This document shows positions 26,525 to 41,708 of a DNA stretch of 64,000 nucleotides, piece by piece. The notes under the pieces were generated by a model. It was not told where the DNA came from and did no database searches. It saw only the letters and a program-made list of their open reading frames with translations. Every line of letters begins with the position of its first letter. Positions within the stretch are counted from its first letter, which is position 1. Source of the stretch: Octopus sinensis (lineage: Eukaryota); NCBI RefSeq assembly GCF_006345805.1, contig NC_042999.1:30752001-30816000 (forward strand), written 5' to 3'. The position numbers and the translations under genes were made by a program.

Positions 26525-26862
26525 GTAAGAAAGGCAATTCTGTAATCTGATTTCAATAAAGAACAATAGAATACAAAGAGATAAGTATAATCACCCAACA
26601 CAAAAACAATAAATGGCAACTACGTACAAACAGAGATATAGCAAGCTGAAATACACACGATTTTATATAAAGATGAAATAGGTTCATATATACATTTATG
26701 GTTAAGTATACTCATGTAGTTTATCTGATCTGATATAATATCACCCATATATTGTTCCCATTTCCCTTGTTCTATACAAAAAATATTTCATGTGCGTATC
26801 TGCATATCTAAATTCTAAATACGCATGCAGGGATACATATACGAGTATATGTGCATACATAC

Positions 26863-27520
<658 letters not shown>

Positions 27521-27959
27521 GACAATGACTTCCTTATATCACATTACACCTCACCATGAAGGGGAGGGGAAAATCCTGTATTCCTTTCTGTATAATAGAG
27601 CTTTGTGGTGCAGAGATGGACTCTATTTTCTATAATTATCATTGTTGTTTTCTTTCTGTTCTATTTGACTTCTTCTAATATTCAAAATATTGGAAGATAA
27701 ATTTTCCTGAGTGAATGAAAAATGCGCAGTTCATTTCCTCCGCGATACATTTTTCCTGTTGTATTCAATTCGAAGTTAGTCTTGTTCATGTAGACATAAG
27801 ATCAAATATGTTTAATACATAATCATGTACCTTGAACTAACTTATCAATTGTTTCCTTTTCTTAAGAGAATAGTGGATATTTCCATGGTGATCTGACAGG
27901 GTGATCTCATCCGAATAGACTCTTTAGATAGTATATTCTTGCCATATAAATGCATACTT

Positions 27960-28155
27960 TTCTTCCGACATTGCTGATATTGATTTCAAATTTTGACACG
28001 AGTTCGGTGAAGAGGTAAATTAATTCAATCGACTCACCTGGTACTTTCTTTATTGATCCCGATCCCGAATCGATGAAAGGCAAAGTTGACCTCAGCATAA
28101 AGATGAACGAAACGCTGCTGAGCGTTTCTCCCCGCTTGCTGACGAGTATTCTAGC
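27960..28155 (-). mobile_element. SINE family B, diverged
   Basis: Contains ctggtactttctttattgatcccga..gatgaaaggcaaagttgacctcagc. Confidence 0.7.
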
Positions 28156-28722
28156 ACACCACCTTAGTCATTGCATACACTGCACCATATTATCCAATGT
28201 GTTCCTCTCACTTTTAGGCAATAGTGATTAATTCGCGAGACATAAGTGTTCTTTTCTAGGCAGTTCATCGTCTATACGGGAGATCCGTCGCTGGTCGTCT
28301 CACTTTCTTTATGGAAAACATAGCTCTCAATTCATTAAGGCACCGACCTATATCGTTATCATATATTGTAATGTCGCTTCATGTATAAGTTTTGATAGAA
28401 AACAGAGAAACGATTCACTTCGCCGTGAGAGTCAGCTGTAACTCGAGCATCATGTAGTATTATCTAAACATAAATGTATACTACCATGACTTTCTCTGCT
28501 TAAGAGATTTCTGTCTTATATTCGATATGCGACGGGATATCTGTGTTTTTATTTCCACTCAGTATGGTATTATTGTAAATGAAGCTTCTGGTCAGCCACC
28601 CTGATAGTAATGACATACAACACGGAAGTTGCTGACAAACAGATTAATCAATCATTTCGAAATGGTAGGGGGGTCTTGGGTGTTATCAAGATAATAATAA
28701 TACGCATGTATGACAAAACACC

Positions 28723-28789
<67 letters not shown>

Positions 28790-29412
28790 CACTCAAACAC
28801 ACACACGCACATGCATAAATTATACAAACGTACATACAAATACATAGAGCTGAAGTCGGCGCGGAAAAGTACATGAATAAAAAAAATTACGGAAATTACC
28901 TAAGTTTGATGTTTCAAGCGAAAGAATCCCATATGTTTTTGGACGGCCCATGTGAATAGCAAACTTTTAATGTGACGTTTGTGTAATAGCGAAACCAAAT
29001 CTGGAGAGTGAGTGTGAGAGAGAGGGGGCGGGAAGGGAACACCACAAACAATAAATGGAATAAACACGTACCAAATACTTAAGTTTGTGAACTCAGTAAA
29101 TATTTCTTTCAGTAATTTAACGTTCCTGTTTCCAAATAGCGAATTAAAACTTGAAATGAAAACATTAAAATAGAGCGTGAGATATTTCACGAATTAAAAC
29201 AGAACATTTCGGCGTTGATACGTCAATAACGGAAGTTAACATTGAGAAACCTTTTTAAAGAAGTGAATCATAAATATAAAGCAATATTATTTATTTTTAA
29301 AACTGATGACCCTATTGTGTATCCGAGGTCAAAGTATTCGTGCATCCCTAGTATGGAAGCAATTCGTGCAGCCGTTTTTCCCTGAAAGGCCAACACATAG
29401 AGGTCTATTTTA

Positions 29413-29444
<32 letters not shown>

Positions 29445-30505
29445 CAGAGTTAGAGAGGGAGAGACAGACAGACAGACAGACAGATAGATATAACAGAGTG
29501 ATGAATTTTAAGATTGGGTGTCACTTAACATTAGTGATACCTTCTTCAACGGGTGTCTGATCTATAATGATAATACCAACAGAGAACAAAAATAATAACA
29601 CAATGGTGAAATTTTCCTACATAATTAAAAAACAGAAGCTAAAGAGAATTAAAACGATCGCTGTTGTACAGACTGCCCTCATAACATGATGACGAGAAAC
29701 GAACAGCGCAATGATTGTTGTATTCCCTCTTACATTTCGACAAGTCATTGAGTGAAGCTCTGTGTTCACATTATTGTTTCTCTAAGTATGTTCTGTTGGA
29801 ACTACTGTCGGTAATAGCAATAAAGTTAACCAGATATATGTTAACACACAAACGACGTATCTACTCATGTGTGCTTGTGTGCGTGTGTATATTTATGGAC
29901 GAAATTCTGTCAGGTTCGACAAGAGAAAATTGTATCTTCCATCGAGAGAATTATCTGTTCATTGGGTATCATAAATGAAATCTCTTTCTATTTCACTGGG
30001 TGAACGGACATATATCATTGCTCTGTTGTATCTCGGCAATTGGCGTTTAAATTTCCTTCGTGGAAAATTCAATCAGTTGTTTCTTCTGATACTACCAGGC
30101 TTCTGAACGGCATATTATTTTACAAGCATACGAGTTAAGCTTCCGTTGTGGTGATAACTTCTTTTTGTTTACTCACCAGGGCAGAAAACCAAGTGGGTAC
30201 ATATATATAAGGAAGGCCCTTGAAAGGCCTTTTTTCGTATAGGGATTCAAAACTATAATGCAATGCCCCAACAACAACTTGCAGAGTCTTCTACTTCTCT
30301 AGTGGTACCAGGGTTAACTCTGAAGTATTTGAAGAAAACTGCCGGACTCGCGCTTTTAAATATCAACCAATCAACCAGGACAAGGAACAACGTACTCACT
30401 CGTCCTCAACGGCAAGTAGCAATGGGGAGGAAATGGAATAAGAGAGCGTGACACAGAGCCAGAACGACATTCGAAAGCAAATAACATCGAAGATCCTCTT
30501 TTTAG

Positions 30506-30618
30506 CTGTTATGCTTTGACAACTTGTGGGGGAAGGCGATGAGCAGACATTTGCGAAAGCAGAAAAAGTGGCAACACTTCCTAAAAATGGTAATTAAAAA
30601 CTGCGAAGATATATTGCA
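30506..30618 (+). CDS. Candidate internal exon, product unknown (LLCFDNLWGKAMSRHLRKQKKWQHFLKMVIKNCEDIL)
   Basis: Acceptor cctctttttag and donor gtaagt. Exactly one frame is open (phase 0 to 2). Confidence 0.3.
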
Positions 30619-32344
30619 GTAAGTGAATACTCAACCTAGTGTAGCGGAGCCCATCTCACATGCAATGGATAAACCATTTTCCACAAAGCGGAACCCAACC
30701 CTTTACATTTGATTTGAATTACTTACATCCGGGCAAGGGCATCATTGAGATTGACGAATGTTCTATATTAAGAATGCCAGTTCTTCAAAATATGTGCAAT
30801 CAGAGAAACTGATAGCGTTAGATTATGCAAGTGACGCACAAAATCTTTTGAAGCTAAAGAGCTTTCGTAATTTTATGCTATCCATAACAATCTATTGCTG
30901 GACGCGGATATCTTCTTGACCAATTGAATGCAAGAAATTTTCCCAGAAGACTCTAGTTTTACAGGTATTAAACATTAAATAGGAAGATTTCACAAACCTT
31001 TTATTCAAGAATGACAAGTTCACTCAACATCGTAAGTTCCCTCAGCATCGTAGGCTCCACACCAATATTTAGATAAGTTGTTTTTTTCTTTAATTAAATC
31101 GTCCTATTTAAGGACTGCATCCCATTATATAGGTGTATGGGTACACATTTAGTCAGATTTAATTACCTTAATTACCCTACAACTGTAATTATAATAATTA
31201 TAGTTTTAAAATTATATTTCCTTATAAGGTATCCAATTAATTGAGCTTCTTGTTTCCTTGTGTTCTCTAGAAGATTTCTGGTGAACTTATACGTTTTTAA
31301 AATCTATATGTTTATAGAGGTTTTTAGGCATATGATACATTCAATACTCTTCGAACAATATATCTGCTATAGTGATAAGTTTTGGTACTTTTTCATTGAA
31401 TTCCAAAGAAACACTACTCTATGGACCGATGATCCAACATATGTCATTAGGACACTATCTCTCATTACTGTTGTTTATTTCATAAAATACAAATTTATTT
31501 CATAATATGTAAGTTTGATTATACCATACGTACATTATTTCGTCCAATTCTCAAAATTAAATCTTTGATCTTATTTCCTCTTTTATATAATGATAGTTTC
31601 GGTCTATTTAAAGTTACCGTCTTGCTTCAAAGATGTTCTTGTAGCTTTTATGTTAAATATTGATGCTATTTTCTTCGAGACTGTATTTGTCAATTCTATT
31701 TTTCATGTTTAAACCTAGAACCGTTTATCACTTTTTTGTGGGTGTAGTCCAGTGAAACATAACTACAGGTCTTCTTGCGTATCCTTTACTCAGTTATGTT
31801 AATCAGAATGTAATACATTTTAAATGTCCGGTTTTTTTCTCGACAAATGCATTCTGTATCCCAGTATCACAAGCTTCTTTCTAATTCTAAATTTAAGCGT
31901 TAAAACTCGTAACACAGTTGTGTAATGCAATGATCAGCCTGATGGTTTTTCTATAGTTCGGATTTGATTGCCCTAATATTGTAAGGTGGGCAAGTGCAAC
32001 GGAAGTTAATTTGGACATTTCTTCTAGTTTCCTCTTTGTTTTGTACATGTTAATGAGCAGGGCTGTTAATTTATCAATTCCAAAACCTTGTATTGTAGCA
32101 ATCATCTTTCTATGAATATAATTAGCAGATCCTATGGCGATCTATTCCTCGAGAAGATTTTTACCTCTTAATTCACTTGCAGTACGTCTTATTAGTACAT
32201 ATCCTGTCAAATATTTTCTGCTTTCTCCAATACTTTTAAGGTTTAATTTCTGTTCTTTCAAATCAAATGTTATCGACTTTGGATATCTTTAAGTTTATAC
32301 TTTCATTCAAAGCGTTTCAACATCTCAAGTCACTGTTGTAGTTG

Positions 32345-32345
32345 T

Positions 32346-32414
<69 letters not shown>

Positions 32415-32549
32415 AAGCAAATCTGTGGTATTTAGTAGAAAATTTGCAGTTGCCCATCTTTTATACCAAGACAAAACTACGTACATATTAACACTTCCAA
32501 TCAATTAAGATCAGAAGCTATAAGCCAGTGCCTGGTACTGTATAAGGAC

Positions 32550-32637
<88 letters not shown>

Positions 32638-32660
32638 TCATTATTATTATTATTATTCAT
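32345..32660. repeat. (CTA)n, (TAT)n and (TAG)n arrays flanking a 3' fragment (32420-32545) of repeat family H
   Basis: The fragment matches 58480-58590: ccaagacaaaac..acacttccaatcaattaagatcagaagc..cctggtactg. Confidence 0.8.
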
Positions 32661-32779
32661 TTATTTATTTATAAATTTATTATTACTATCATCACCATTT
32701 GTCTTAAATGGCAAGAAAGATATTCAAGAAAAACAATAAAACTTTCACTACATGCTGAACTCTGCCCACTCAAGTGACT

Positions 32780-34010
32780 TATTTACCCTTCTCTGTGCAG
32801 CTTCTCTGGCTCAGAGTATCTCTATTTACTGAAACCCTCACACTACCAGAAACAACTAACTATCTCTGCTACAATGCAATTCTTTCTTCCCCGAAGCCAT
32901 TGTCCCCAATGACTTTCGTGTCAACTATACTTCATAATTCTCACACTATCCTACACATCGTGAAGGAGTTTAAGACAAATGTTTTATTATTCTCAGTCCT
33001 TTATAGTAACACGTATCATTTCCTACAATGCATTTCAGACATACACAAAGTCATCTACAGCAATCTTGATCTCTGTTTTGCTTCAAAACTAATCTTCGCC
33101 TCAACCGTGTCGGACTCTGCACTTATCGAATTATCCGTTCATTGTTTCATTGCAACAACCCAACACTGAACAAAATACTGCACAGCGCACCTCGCTATGG
33201 CATTTCAAGTCAGCTCTCTGGTTGGAGCTCTGCCAACTTGATGCAAATGATCCCTGATAAAACACGTTTTTCTTTTTACTCTTGACTCATTAAAATCAGT
33301 TGAGCAGGTGACTGAAACCATCTTTTCAGATATTTCCTTTCACATCTCACACCCAGCAGATTCTCAGTGATTGAAATCCCTCAAGTGTTCTGTTGGTAGT
33401 TGCGCTGCAGATGTTGAGACCACGAAAAAGAATATATGCTCCGCTTAGAATGCTTGAGAATGTAATCCATGTCTTGAAAATGGGTAGCTTTCACTCAACA
33501 GCGCAACTGGTTTAAGATCACTGTCCTGTGTGCAAAAGGGTGCCTTCATGTATCACACTGCTCTCTTACTTTCCCGCTTCTCAAACTCCAACTGCCACTA
33601 CCACCACCTTTCATCTTCCCAAACTTTCCACAACCACGGTTCAGTAGTATCTCATTCAAACCTGCAATCATTCCATGAACCAAAATGCTGAAAGTCATTT
33701 CCGTGTGTACATTGACTCTTTTATCCGCGAAAAGAAAAAGAAACCCAAATGCTACTTATATGAAAAAATATCACCGTACACAACTGGTACACAAGGATTA
33801 TTGTATTCTATAGCTAGTCCTTTTCTTCAGAGCCAGAAATTTTTTCAGCCCTCAAGAGCTCCTGACATTCTAAAATACTGAAGTGGAACCCACAGTGAGG
33901 TAACTCTGCTACATTCAAGACATTGTTGCTTCGCACACAGATATCAATTTTCTACTAGAATGGCCTCAATTCACCACATCTGGCGACCGCTATACCGCTA
34001 TTTCTGAGGC
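32780..34010 (-). mobile_element. Very old RTE-like LINE remnant (APE endonuclease region)
   Basis: Weak GR..(E/D)VV..L..RKIDIC-like motif near 33950-33990 on the minus strand. Many stops. Confidence 0.35.
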
Positions 34011-34905
34011 ACCCTTGTCTTGTTCGTCTTACCACTCCCAGTTACATTTCATGCGTCAAACTACTTTCGGTTCCACACAAATCATAATTTTCCCCATAAC
34101 TTCGGCCTTCAAGAATCTACTGACCACTCATATATTTCCTGCAAATGTTTGCCGCTAACAGTTTAAGCGGGATATTAGTATCATCTAACTCACCCCTACA
34201 ACAAGACACAATAATGAATAAAGCGTGGTGACCAACTTACATACTATTTTTAGTCCAATTTGTTGAACACTTGTTACCAAGCTATAATATTTTATGCACT
34301 CAATTGATACCATAGTTTCATTGACTCAAATACTATTTCACAATTAACTGTCAGGCAGTTGATTATTTCCAAATCATTTATCTTCTGATAAGCTTCAATT
34401 ATGAGGATACTGTCTGTCATGATACTGAAGCATCAAAATGTCAAATTCCTCTTTATCCCTGTTACGTTATATATTATTCTTCAATTAACAGGAAACTTTT
34501 ACACTGCATTAAACCATAAGTAGAGGAGATCTTGTCAAAATCAGCTTCGTTATTATTTTAATGCTATTTTAGTATTTTATCTCAATATGTTTATATATGT
34601 TTTCTTAATTCATTGTCCCTTCTATATTATCGAATGAATGTTACGCAACTCGGAGGTGTGTGCATATTATATATGCTCATCTATATGTATGTGTACGTGT
34701 GTGTTTGTATGTTTGAGAGTGTGTGTGTTTGAGTGTTTGTGTCTACTTATGCACATGTAATCATATTTAATGATATTACATAAAATGCTTTTCCTACATA
34801 AAATTATTACAGATCCTTGTTGTATTCAATGACAATATATATCATAAATTGTCGTCATAGTTGTATTGCTGGGGCTGATGATGGTGTTGGTAGAGATGTG
34901 GTTAC

Positions 34906-34945
<40 letters not shown>

Positions 34946-35059
34946 GATGATGATGTTGCAATATGTCTTGTTGTTGACGGTGATATTCTATCAGTTTATC
35001 ATGCAATTTTTGATGCTGTTTAATCCATATCAGCTTGAAGAAACCTACACCTAAACATC

Positions 35060-35720
35060 TCCAGCGGTGGTCGCCTTTTCGTTTTACACACCTATATAAC
35101 TAGGTCTATATTATCCAAATATATTTGGCTATATTCCGAGCAAGATGTGTGATCACATAGATGATTCCTCTCTATTCATGCAAGCTTTACTGTATAGCGT
35201 AATGATTGAGGATCATAAGTGATACTTGTATTGTAGTATGCTCTATTGATTCTGATGTCTATTAGGTAGTCGTAGTGTACGACCCAGATTATCGCCACCA
35301 TGCTATGATCGCATAAGCAATATCACATATTTTTATTAAAATATTCATCTTATATGTTATTATATTTCTTTATCGTCCTATTTCTAAACGCTTTAGTATG
35401 ATCGTGTATTATGGGAAGGTAGTATGTAGAATACTTTCTCTCACTCTTCAGTGATATGGTTAATGTATTTTTTCAGTTCTATAAGTTTGATTATATTTAA
35501 CTTATGTGAGATATCATACGATGCCTCTCTTCTTCGTGTAGGTGGTGTTTTGTTGGAGTTTCTTATTAAATTGCATAAAGAGAGACTTTAAAGCTGTTAT
35601 TACCGATATTTATTCATTCTCTGATCTGAGATGTTATTAAACAAAATAACCACGAACAATCTTCCAAGTGAACAGGTTGATTAATAATGGTTTTCTGTAG
35701 GAGTGATCTGTATCACCATT
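35060..35720 (-). mobile_element. Possible Penelope-like element remnant (GIY-YIG region)
   Basis: Decayed ..G.T..LR....H..Q-like spacing near 35240-35300 on the minus strand. Similarity judged from memory only. Confidence 0.3.
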
Positions 35721-35929
35721 ATTTTGTTTCCCTTCAAGATCACTATTGACACGAATGGTAACTTTTTTTACGGTGGGAATATAATGGGTATAAGTATATT
35801 AATGCAGGTATACATATTGATTTGGCTGACTATGAAAGAGTAATGATAAAACAGTGAGATCTTGTGTGCTTTAATTTCATCTCTTCCTATTTATAATTCC
35901 AATGAGGTTTTTTCCAGGTAAAATGATAT

Positions 35930-36240
35930 CGGACTGCTCAAAGAAGGCTTGAAATGTAACTACTTGAAAAGTTCTCTTAATGGACAAAATTTGACAGTGC
36001 CGTATTATAAAATGCATGCAGAAAATGGGTTTAGCAGCCAGCAACATTCATGCTGATATTGTTGCTACACTAGAAGACGATGTTCCACCTTTATGAAGAG
36101 TGCAAAATTGGGCAGCTAAATTTAAGAGGCGCAGGGAGAGTTGTTGAAGATGACCCAAAATCTGGATGCCTGCAAATACCACCACCGAGGAAAGCGATGA
36201 TTGTGTTTTCAACATGTTGCTGGACGCCTACCATTGATTA
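35930..36240 (+). mobile_element. Mariner-like transposase N-terminal remnant
   Basis: From ATG 35980: MDKI*QCRIIKCMQKMGLAASNIHADIVATLEDDVP..RVQNWAAKFKRRRES..EDDPKSG. This matches irritans-type MEK..R.VIK...GL....IH.DM..TLG..AP....V..W.A.FKRGR.S.EDD.RSGRP. Confidence 0.75.
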
Positions 36241-36519
36241 CAAATCAAATAGCCAAAGCGACTAAGATACGAAAATTCTTAGAGATTCTTATCTCTCGAC
36301 CCTGAAGAAGGAGAAATACATTATAAAGTAACTCTGAACCTCCAGAAAAACATTTCAGACACGCAACTTTATATATACTCATCCCCAATTCCTTGATTCT
36401 ATGTAACTTGAGTTAATTTTGTTCTATTAACATATTCACGCACACACACACACCCACCGGTACCTTCATTTTAGGATCACCAATACCTTATTATCTCCCT
36501 TCCCTTCTTCCTAGCGCTC

Positions 36520-36740
36520 CTGTCTAACTACATCTGTCCAGCCAGATGCGATGATTGACCGATAGCTTCAAAGGATATTTTATTTTATCTCTGTTTATTT
36601 CCTTGTTTCTTTCTGCTGAAGGGCGTAGGTTCGAAACGTAAAAGATTTTCTCACCCACCCAAGCGCTAAACTAATACATATGATTGTTGTTTATACACCT
36701 GTCTTCGTCTTTTGCTTTTCTGTAAATTTCAACTATATAT
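36520..36740 (+). mobile_element. Repeat family E (Penelope pLTR-like) with hammerhead-like fold at 36609-36644
   Basis: cttt CTGCTGA a gggc gtag gttc GAAAC GTA aaag; the element runs into (AT)n. Confidence 0.7.
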
Positions 36741-36741
36741 G

Positions 36742-36811
<70 letters not shown>

Positions 36812-37849
36812 TTTAAAGATAGTAGGCCCCTTCATCTCACCGTATAAGAAAGATTTTTTTTTTAAATACCTACTATTTTATAACTTGGCTACACGTGTTT
36901 CATGAGGTACAGTTCGGTTCCTAAATCCCTCCGTGTTTTGCTGGAATCCTTCTTAAAATGTAACCCCAATCATCAGGCCCTTATATCACTTTATCATCGT
37001 TCAATACTATAAACTATATTTTAATTTTTTTAAAGCCCATAAGTATCTGTAAAATAGATATGTTTAAATTAGGTTCGCTGGATCCTACAGTACAAGCCAT
37101 AATTCAGATAAAAATTCAAATAAAAAATTACAACAATAAAAATTACAAAATTAAAATAAGAAATAAAAATGCGAAGAAAAAATAGCAAACTGATGAGAGA
37201 AATTTAAAAATTAAAGTCCACCAGCAAGGCAAATTTACAGAACTCTACCCCATATGTGAAATGTGTGCTGGTGGATGAAAGCGATTTCAAATGACTAAAA
37301 CAAAACTTCGGGCAGGACATTGCGGATCAAAACATAGAAGTGTGCATAGATGCATTATCTCCTGAAGTGGAGTACAACGACATCTTGGAGCCTGCGTTTT
37401 GATTGATTTTTGAAAAGTGTTTGACTTTGGAACGTTGCCAGTAATTAAAAGTTCAATGCGACTGCTTGGGAGTGGGGCTTTAGTAGTGGTCATTCCATCC
37501 ATTCATTTTTTCAAATTTTCATTTTTCATTCGATTATATATTTTTCCCTTCTTCTATGTTTTGTATGTCATTGTGATGTCCTATCTGTGTTTTGACACTA
37601 AGTGGTTAATAAAAACTAAAGTTCGTGCTGAAAGACTATGTTCGACAGGGGACGTGCGTGTTTTTTTTTTTAGGTAGTACCAGTGCCATTCGTTCTATAT
37701 GTGAGATCGTGCCGGGCAAAATTCGTGTGGAACAAGTGACACAGTATTTGGTGTCGAGTGTGAAGTTGGTTTAGTGTTTAATGTGAATGGTCAACTGTTT
37801 TGAACTTGCTGTGAAAATAGTGTGAACCTAGCAACGTAAAGAATGGGGA

Positions 37850-37970
37850 ATAGTAACATGAATTCAAAAGTAACAACAGAATCCAGTTAAAAAAGTTTAT
37901 AATGAGATAGAAAATAAATTATTAGACTGGTGAATAAATGAAGAGCTCAAGAAAAGAAGTCTACACTTTT
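37850..37970 (+). mobile_element. Possible pogo/Tigger transposase (CENP-B HTH) remnant
   Basis: VYNEIENKLLDW resembles the Y..IE..L..W motif; short match only. Confidence 0.25.
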
Positions 37971-38915
37971 CAGAAGTAAATGAAAGACCTCTCTAAAAAC
38001 ACTCTAAAGAACTATTTATTCGTTCCATAAATGTTATTGGTCTCTTAGTGAAAATTCTTGTATTTTTTGGTTATACGCCACAGTTTCGTTTGTTAATTTC
38101 AACTCGCCTGACTTCTTTGACTACTGCATCTTCCACTCTAAGAAATTTCGTTTCCTGAGATCGTCTAAGCGGTCTTCTGAGCTAGCGGACATGGACTTTT
38201 GTGTTGTAGGTCCTTTCGGGGGGCCGCGTGTGGTATAACAATATTTAATTCTTCGCTAATGTCCTTGAAAAGATGAAAAACAATGTTGCAATCAGAATGA
38301 ACAGTGATAATATTTCGGTTCTTCGTTATTAGGTCACAATTTCGAACACACAACAGTAAAGATTAAAGGAAATAATATTTCTGGTTGAGAGATCGTAGTC
38401 AGAAATTGCTCTCATCAATCTGTCTACGTCGATTTGTTCTCGTATAGCAGGACTTGTAGGGTGCTTGCACGATGCATGTGTGTATTGCTTGGTAGGCCTG
38501 CTTACGTACAGTTATGACTTACTCAAAAGTACACACGTTCATTAAATGATGACACAAAAAAGAAACAACAGACACAAACACGAAGATACATACAGCATAA
38601 TAATCAATCGTTAACTGCCTCAACTGTTAAATCGCCTTCGTTTCTCACTCAAAAATCTCTTTCCAACATGGAGAAATTTCTAAGAAAACAGCGACATCAT
38701 TTTCTCTCTCCTTTTTTCCATTATATTTTTCTTAGATTCTCCAGAACAAAGGTTTTTTTTCCATAAAACATTCTCAAATCTCCTGTTTTATATTAATACA
38801 TAAACATTTTATAATTTATCAACACTTGTGTCGTATTACCAACGTGTCAGCAGCTCGCCCTTGGCCCCCCGATGATGGGATCTCTCTCTCCCTCCCTATC
38901 CCTTTCTCTCTCTCC

Positions 38916-38977
<62 letters not shown>

Positions 38978-39008
38978 AAGCACACACACATATAAATATG
39001 AATATATA

Positions 39009-39546
39009 TGGCTCAGTGGTTAGAGCATCGAGCTTAAGATCATGAGGTTGTGAGTTCGAATCCCGGACCGGGCTGCGTGTTGTGTTCTTGAGCAAGACAC
39101 TTTATTTCACGTTGCTCAGCTGTAGAAATGAGTTGCGACCTCACAGGCGCCAAGCTGTATCGGTTCTGTATGGTCTTCCAATCCCATGGTCAGTCATGAC
39201 CGAAGGGGGTCTCAGCAGCATAGTGAAGGCTAGTGGCGGAGTTTTCAAGGGTATCCGGCTCACAATCGTAAGGTCATGAGTTCAATTTCAGGTGACGAGT
39301 TGTGACCTTCAGCAAGAAACTTTATTTCGCGTTGCTCCAATCCACTGAGCAGGAAAAAATGAGTGTTACCTGTATTTCAAAAGGACAGCCTTGTCACACC
39401 CTGTATCACGCTGAATCTCACTAAGAAATACGTTAAAATCAAACGTGTCTGCGGAGTGCTCAGCCACTTACAAATTAATTTCACGTAAGGCTCTTCTGTT
39501 AATCGGATCAAAAGGCAGGTTCGTCGTCGTAACCGACGGAGTGCCA
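39009..39546 (+). mobile_element. Two tandem tRNA-derived SINEs (family C and a relative)
   Basis: A box tggctcagtgg and B box gttcgaatcc, then tgtgttcttgagcaagacacttt (V/CORE-like body). A second head with gagttcaatttc and cttcagcaagaaacttt starts near 39240. Confidence 0.85.
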
Positions 39547-39636
39547 ATATACTTATGCGTATCTATAGACACGTAGACAAGCATACGGATAAGTTAACGA
39601 TATAGATACAAAGCGCAACACACAGACAGCCAGACG

Positions 39637-39639
<3 letters not shown>

Positions 39640-39710
<71 letters not shown>

Positions 39711-39725
39711 CAGACATACATACAG
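39640..39725. repeat. (GATA)n microsatellite
   Basis: Directly visible. Confidence 0.95.
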
Positions 39726-40109
39726 ACATAGAGACAGGCAGTAATGATTGGGAACTTTGGAAATTAAATTAAATGACAGCTAGTTCGAACTTTGGTCATG
39801 TTCCAAGAAAAACAAAAATAAAATATCGGTTAGTATTCCTAGTTTACTTCCCATTCTATTCTATTTCTCTCAGCAGTCATTTTGTGAAATCTAATCAGCA
39901 TATTTATAATGCACTGACATGAATATTTAAGTTGTGGACGCGATCCTTGTGAGATTTCGGCTAGGTAGGAGATTTCTCTACTGGAAATGGGAATAGCGTA
40001 TATCTATCTGCCTACTGGTATTTCAGAGTTCACGTTTGCATATTAGATGCGAAAGTGCATTTGTATTAGCATTGGAATGTGATGTTGAATAGAATATTTT
40101 ACACGTAAA

Positions 40110-40119
40110 TATATGTATG

Positions 40120-40205
<86 letters not shown>

Positions 40206-40294
40206 GTATATATTATATATATGTATATATATAAGTATATGTATGTATCAATATATATGTATATGCATATATATATATATAATATATATATATA

Positions 40295-40335
<41 letters not shown>

Positions 40336-40741
40336 GTATATATATATGTATGTATATATGTCTGTATAATTATATTATATGTATATGTATGCATGCATAT
40401 ATATGTATATATGTATATATATATATATATTTGTTTATATATGTGTATGTGTGCGTACATGTTTCCTTGTGTGCTTGTATGTGTGTATGTTTATGTGTAT
40501 GTTTGTGTGTCTGTGTTTGCCCCCATACCATCGCGTGACAGCCGATGTTGTGTTTACGTCGCCGTAACTTAGCAGTTCTGAAAAAGAGGCCAATAGAATA
40601 AGTACTAGGCTTATAAATAATAAGTCCTGGGGGTCGATTTATTTGACTAAAGTCAGTGCTCCAACATGGCCACATCACATGTTATAAACAAATACAAGAA
40701 TAAATAGAATAAAATAATATATATATATGTGTATATATGTA

Positions 40742-40801
<60 letters not shown>

Positions 40802-40856
40802 TATATTCATGTATGTATGTATGTGTGTACATATATGAATACATGTGTATAAGTAA

Positions 40857-40890
<34 letters not shown>
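40110..40890. repeat. (AT)n/(GT)n arrays enclosing the 3' half of a family A SINE (40500-40680, + strand)
   Basis: ccatcgcgtgacagccgatgttgtgtttacgtc..gaataagtactaggcttataaataataagtcctggggg matches family A. Confidence 0.85.
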
Positions 40891-40891
<1 letters not shown>

Positions 40892-41533
40892 ACAAAAACT
40901 GTCAGGTGGAGGAGAAAGAGATTGGTGGAGGTTGGCGAGAAAGATTTTCGGAGATTGGTGAGATTGGTTGTCGGAGTTTGGCGAGAGGCAAAGACATTAT
41001 TCTGCTTAGCCAAGTCATCTGGGAAATGTATAACTGCTGTCATTCACAGAAAAACTATTGTTTTACCAAGAGAAAAGCGCTGTTGAAGTGTGAAGTGAAA
41101 TTTGGCAATCGAAGATCGAATCCACGCTATGCCTGCATGAAGCCACTACAAATACCTTGTGGGATAAAAAATTTATCGACTGTCATGGAAAAAGTGTAAC
41201 AGTAAAAATGCAGAATTATCGGAGTAATGAGCATTCAAATCTTTATTTATGTATAGAAATGTATGAATGAAGTCTTTAATTTTAAGATTCAAATTTAGGA
41301 AGTACAATAATAATGTTTAGCAGTTCAAAACTGTGAGTAGGGAAATACTGAATTAGGTCAGCTGATCGTGATAATCAAATATTGATCGCTTCGCTAAAAT
41401 CTGCAGGTGGTATGGATTGTTTAAATAAAATATTAGTAATATGTAGTAGATTCAAGGATCCATTCGAAGGGCCCTATTGTCGATATTTTCACAACATATG
41501 TATATCATGACATTAATAATAAAAAAATAATAA

Positions 41534-41592
<59 letters not shown>

Positions 41593-41708
41593 TATATATA
41601 TATTTAGTTATTTAAACAGAGACAAAGACATACATACATATATATATACATATATGTGTGTGTGTATATGTCTGTATATATATATATATATATATATATC
41701 CATACATA

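Noticed and set aside
29304-29335. CTGATGA followed by a possible stem
   Set aside because: No GAAA core or stem I/III pairing, so not a hammerhead. The same applies to the other CTGATGA hits near 15570, 26492, 34872, 50733 and 52347.
31560-32330. Possible Penelope GIY-YIG remnant on the minus strand
   Set aside because: Too decayed to support from sequence alone.
39009-39075. tRNA-like sequence with A and B boxes
   Set aside because: No complete cloverleaf or acceptor stem, and it continues into a SINE body, so it is a SINE head rather than a tRNA gene.
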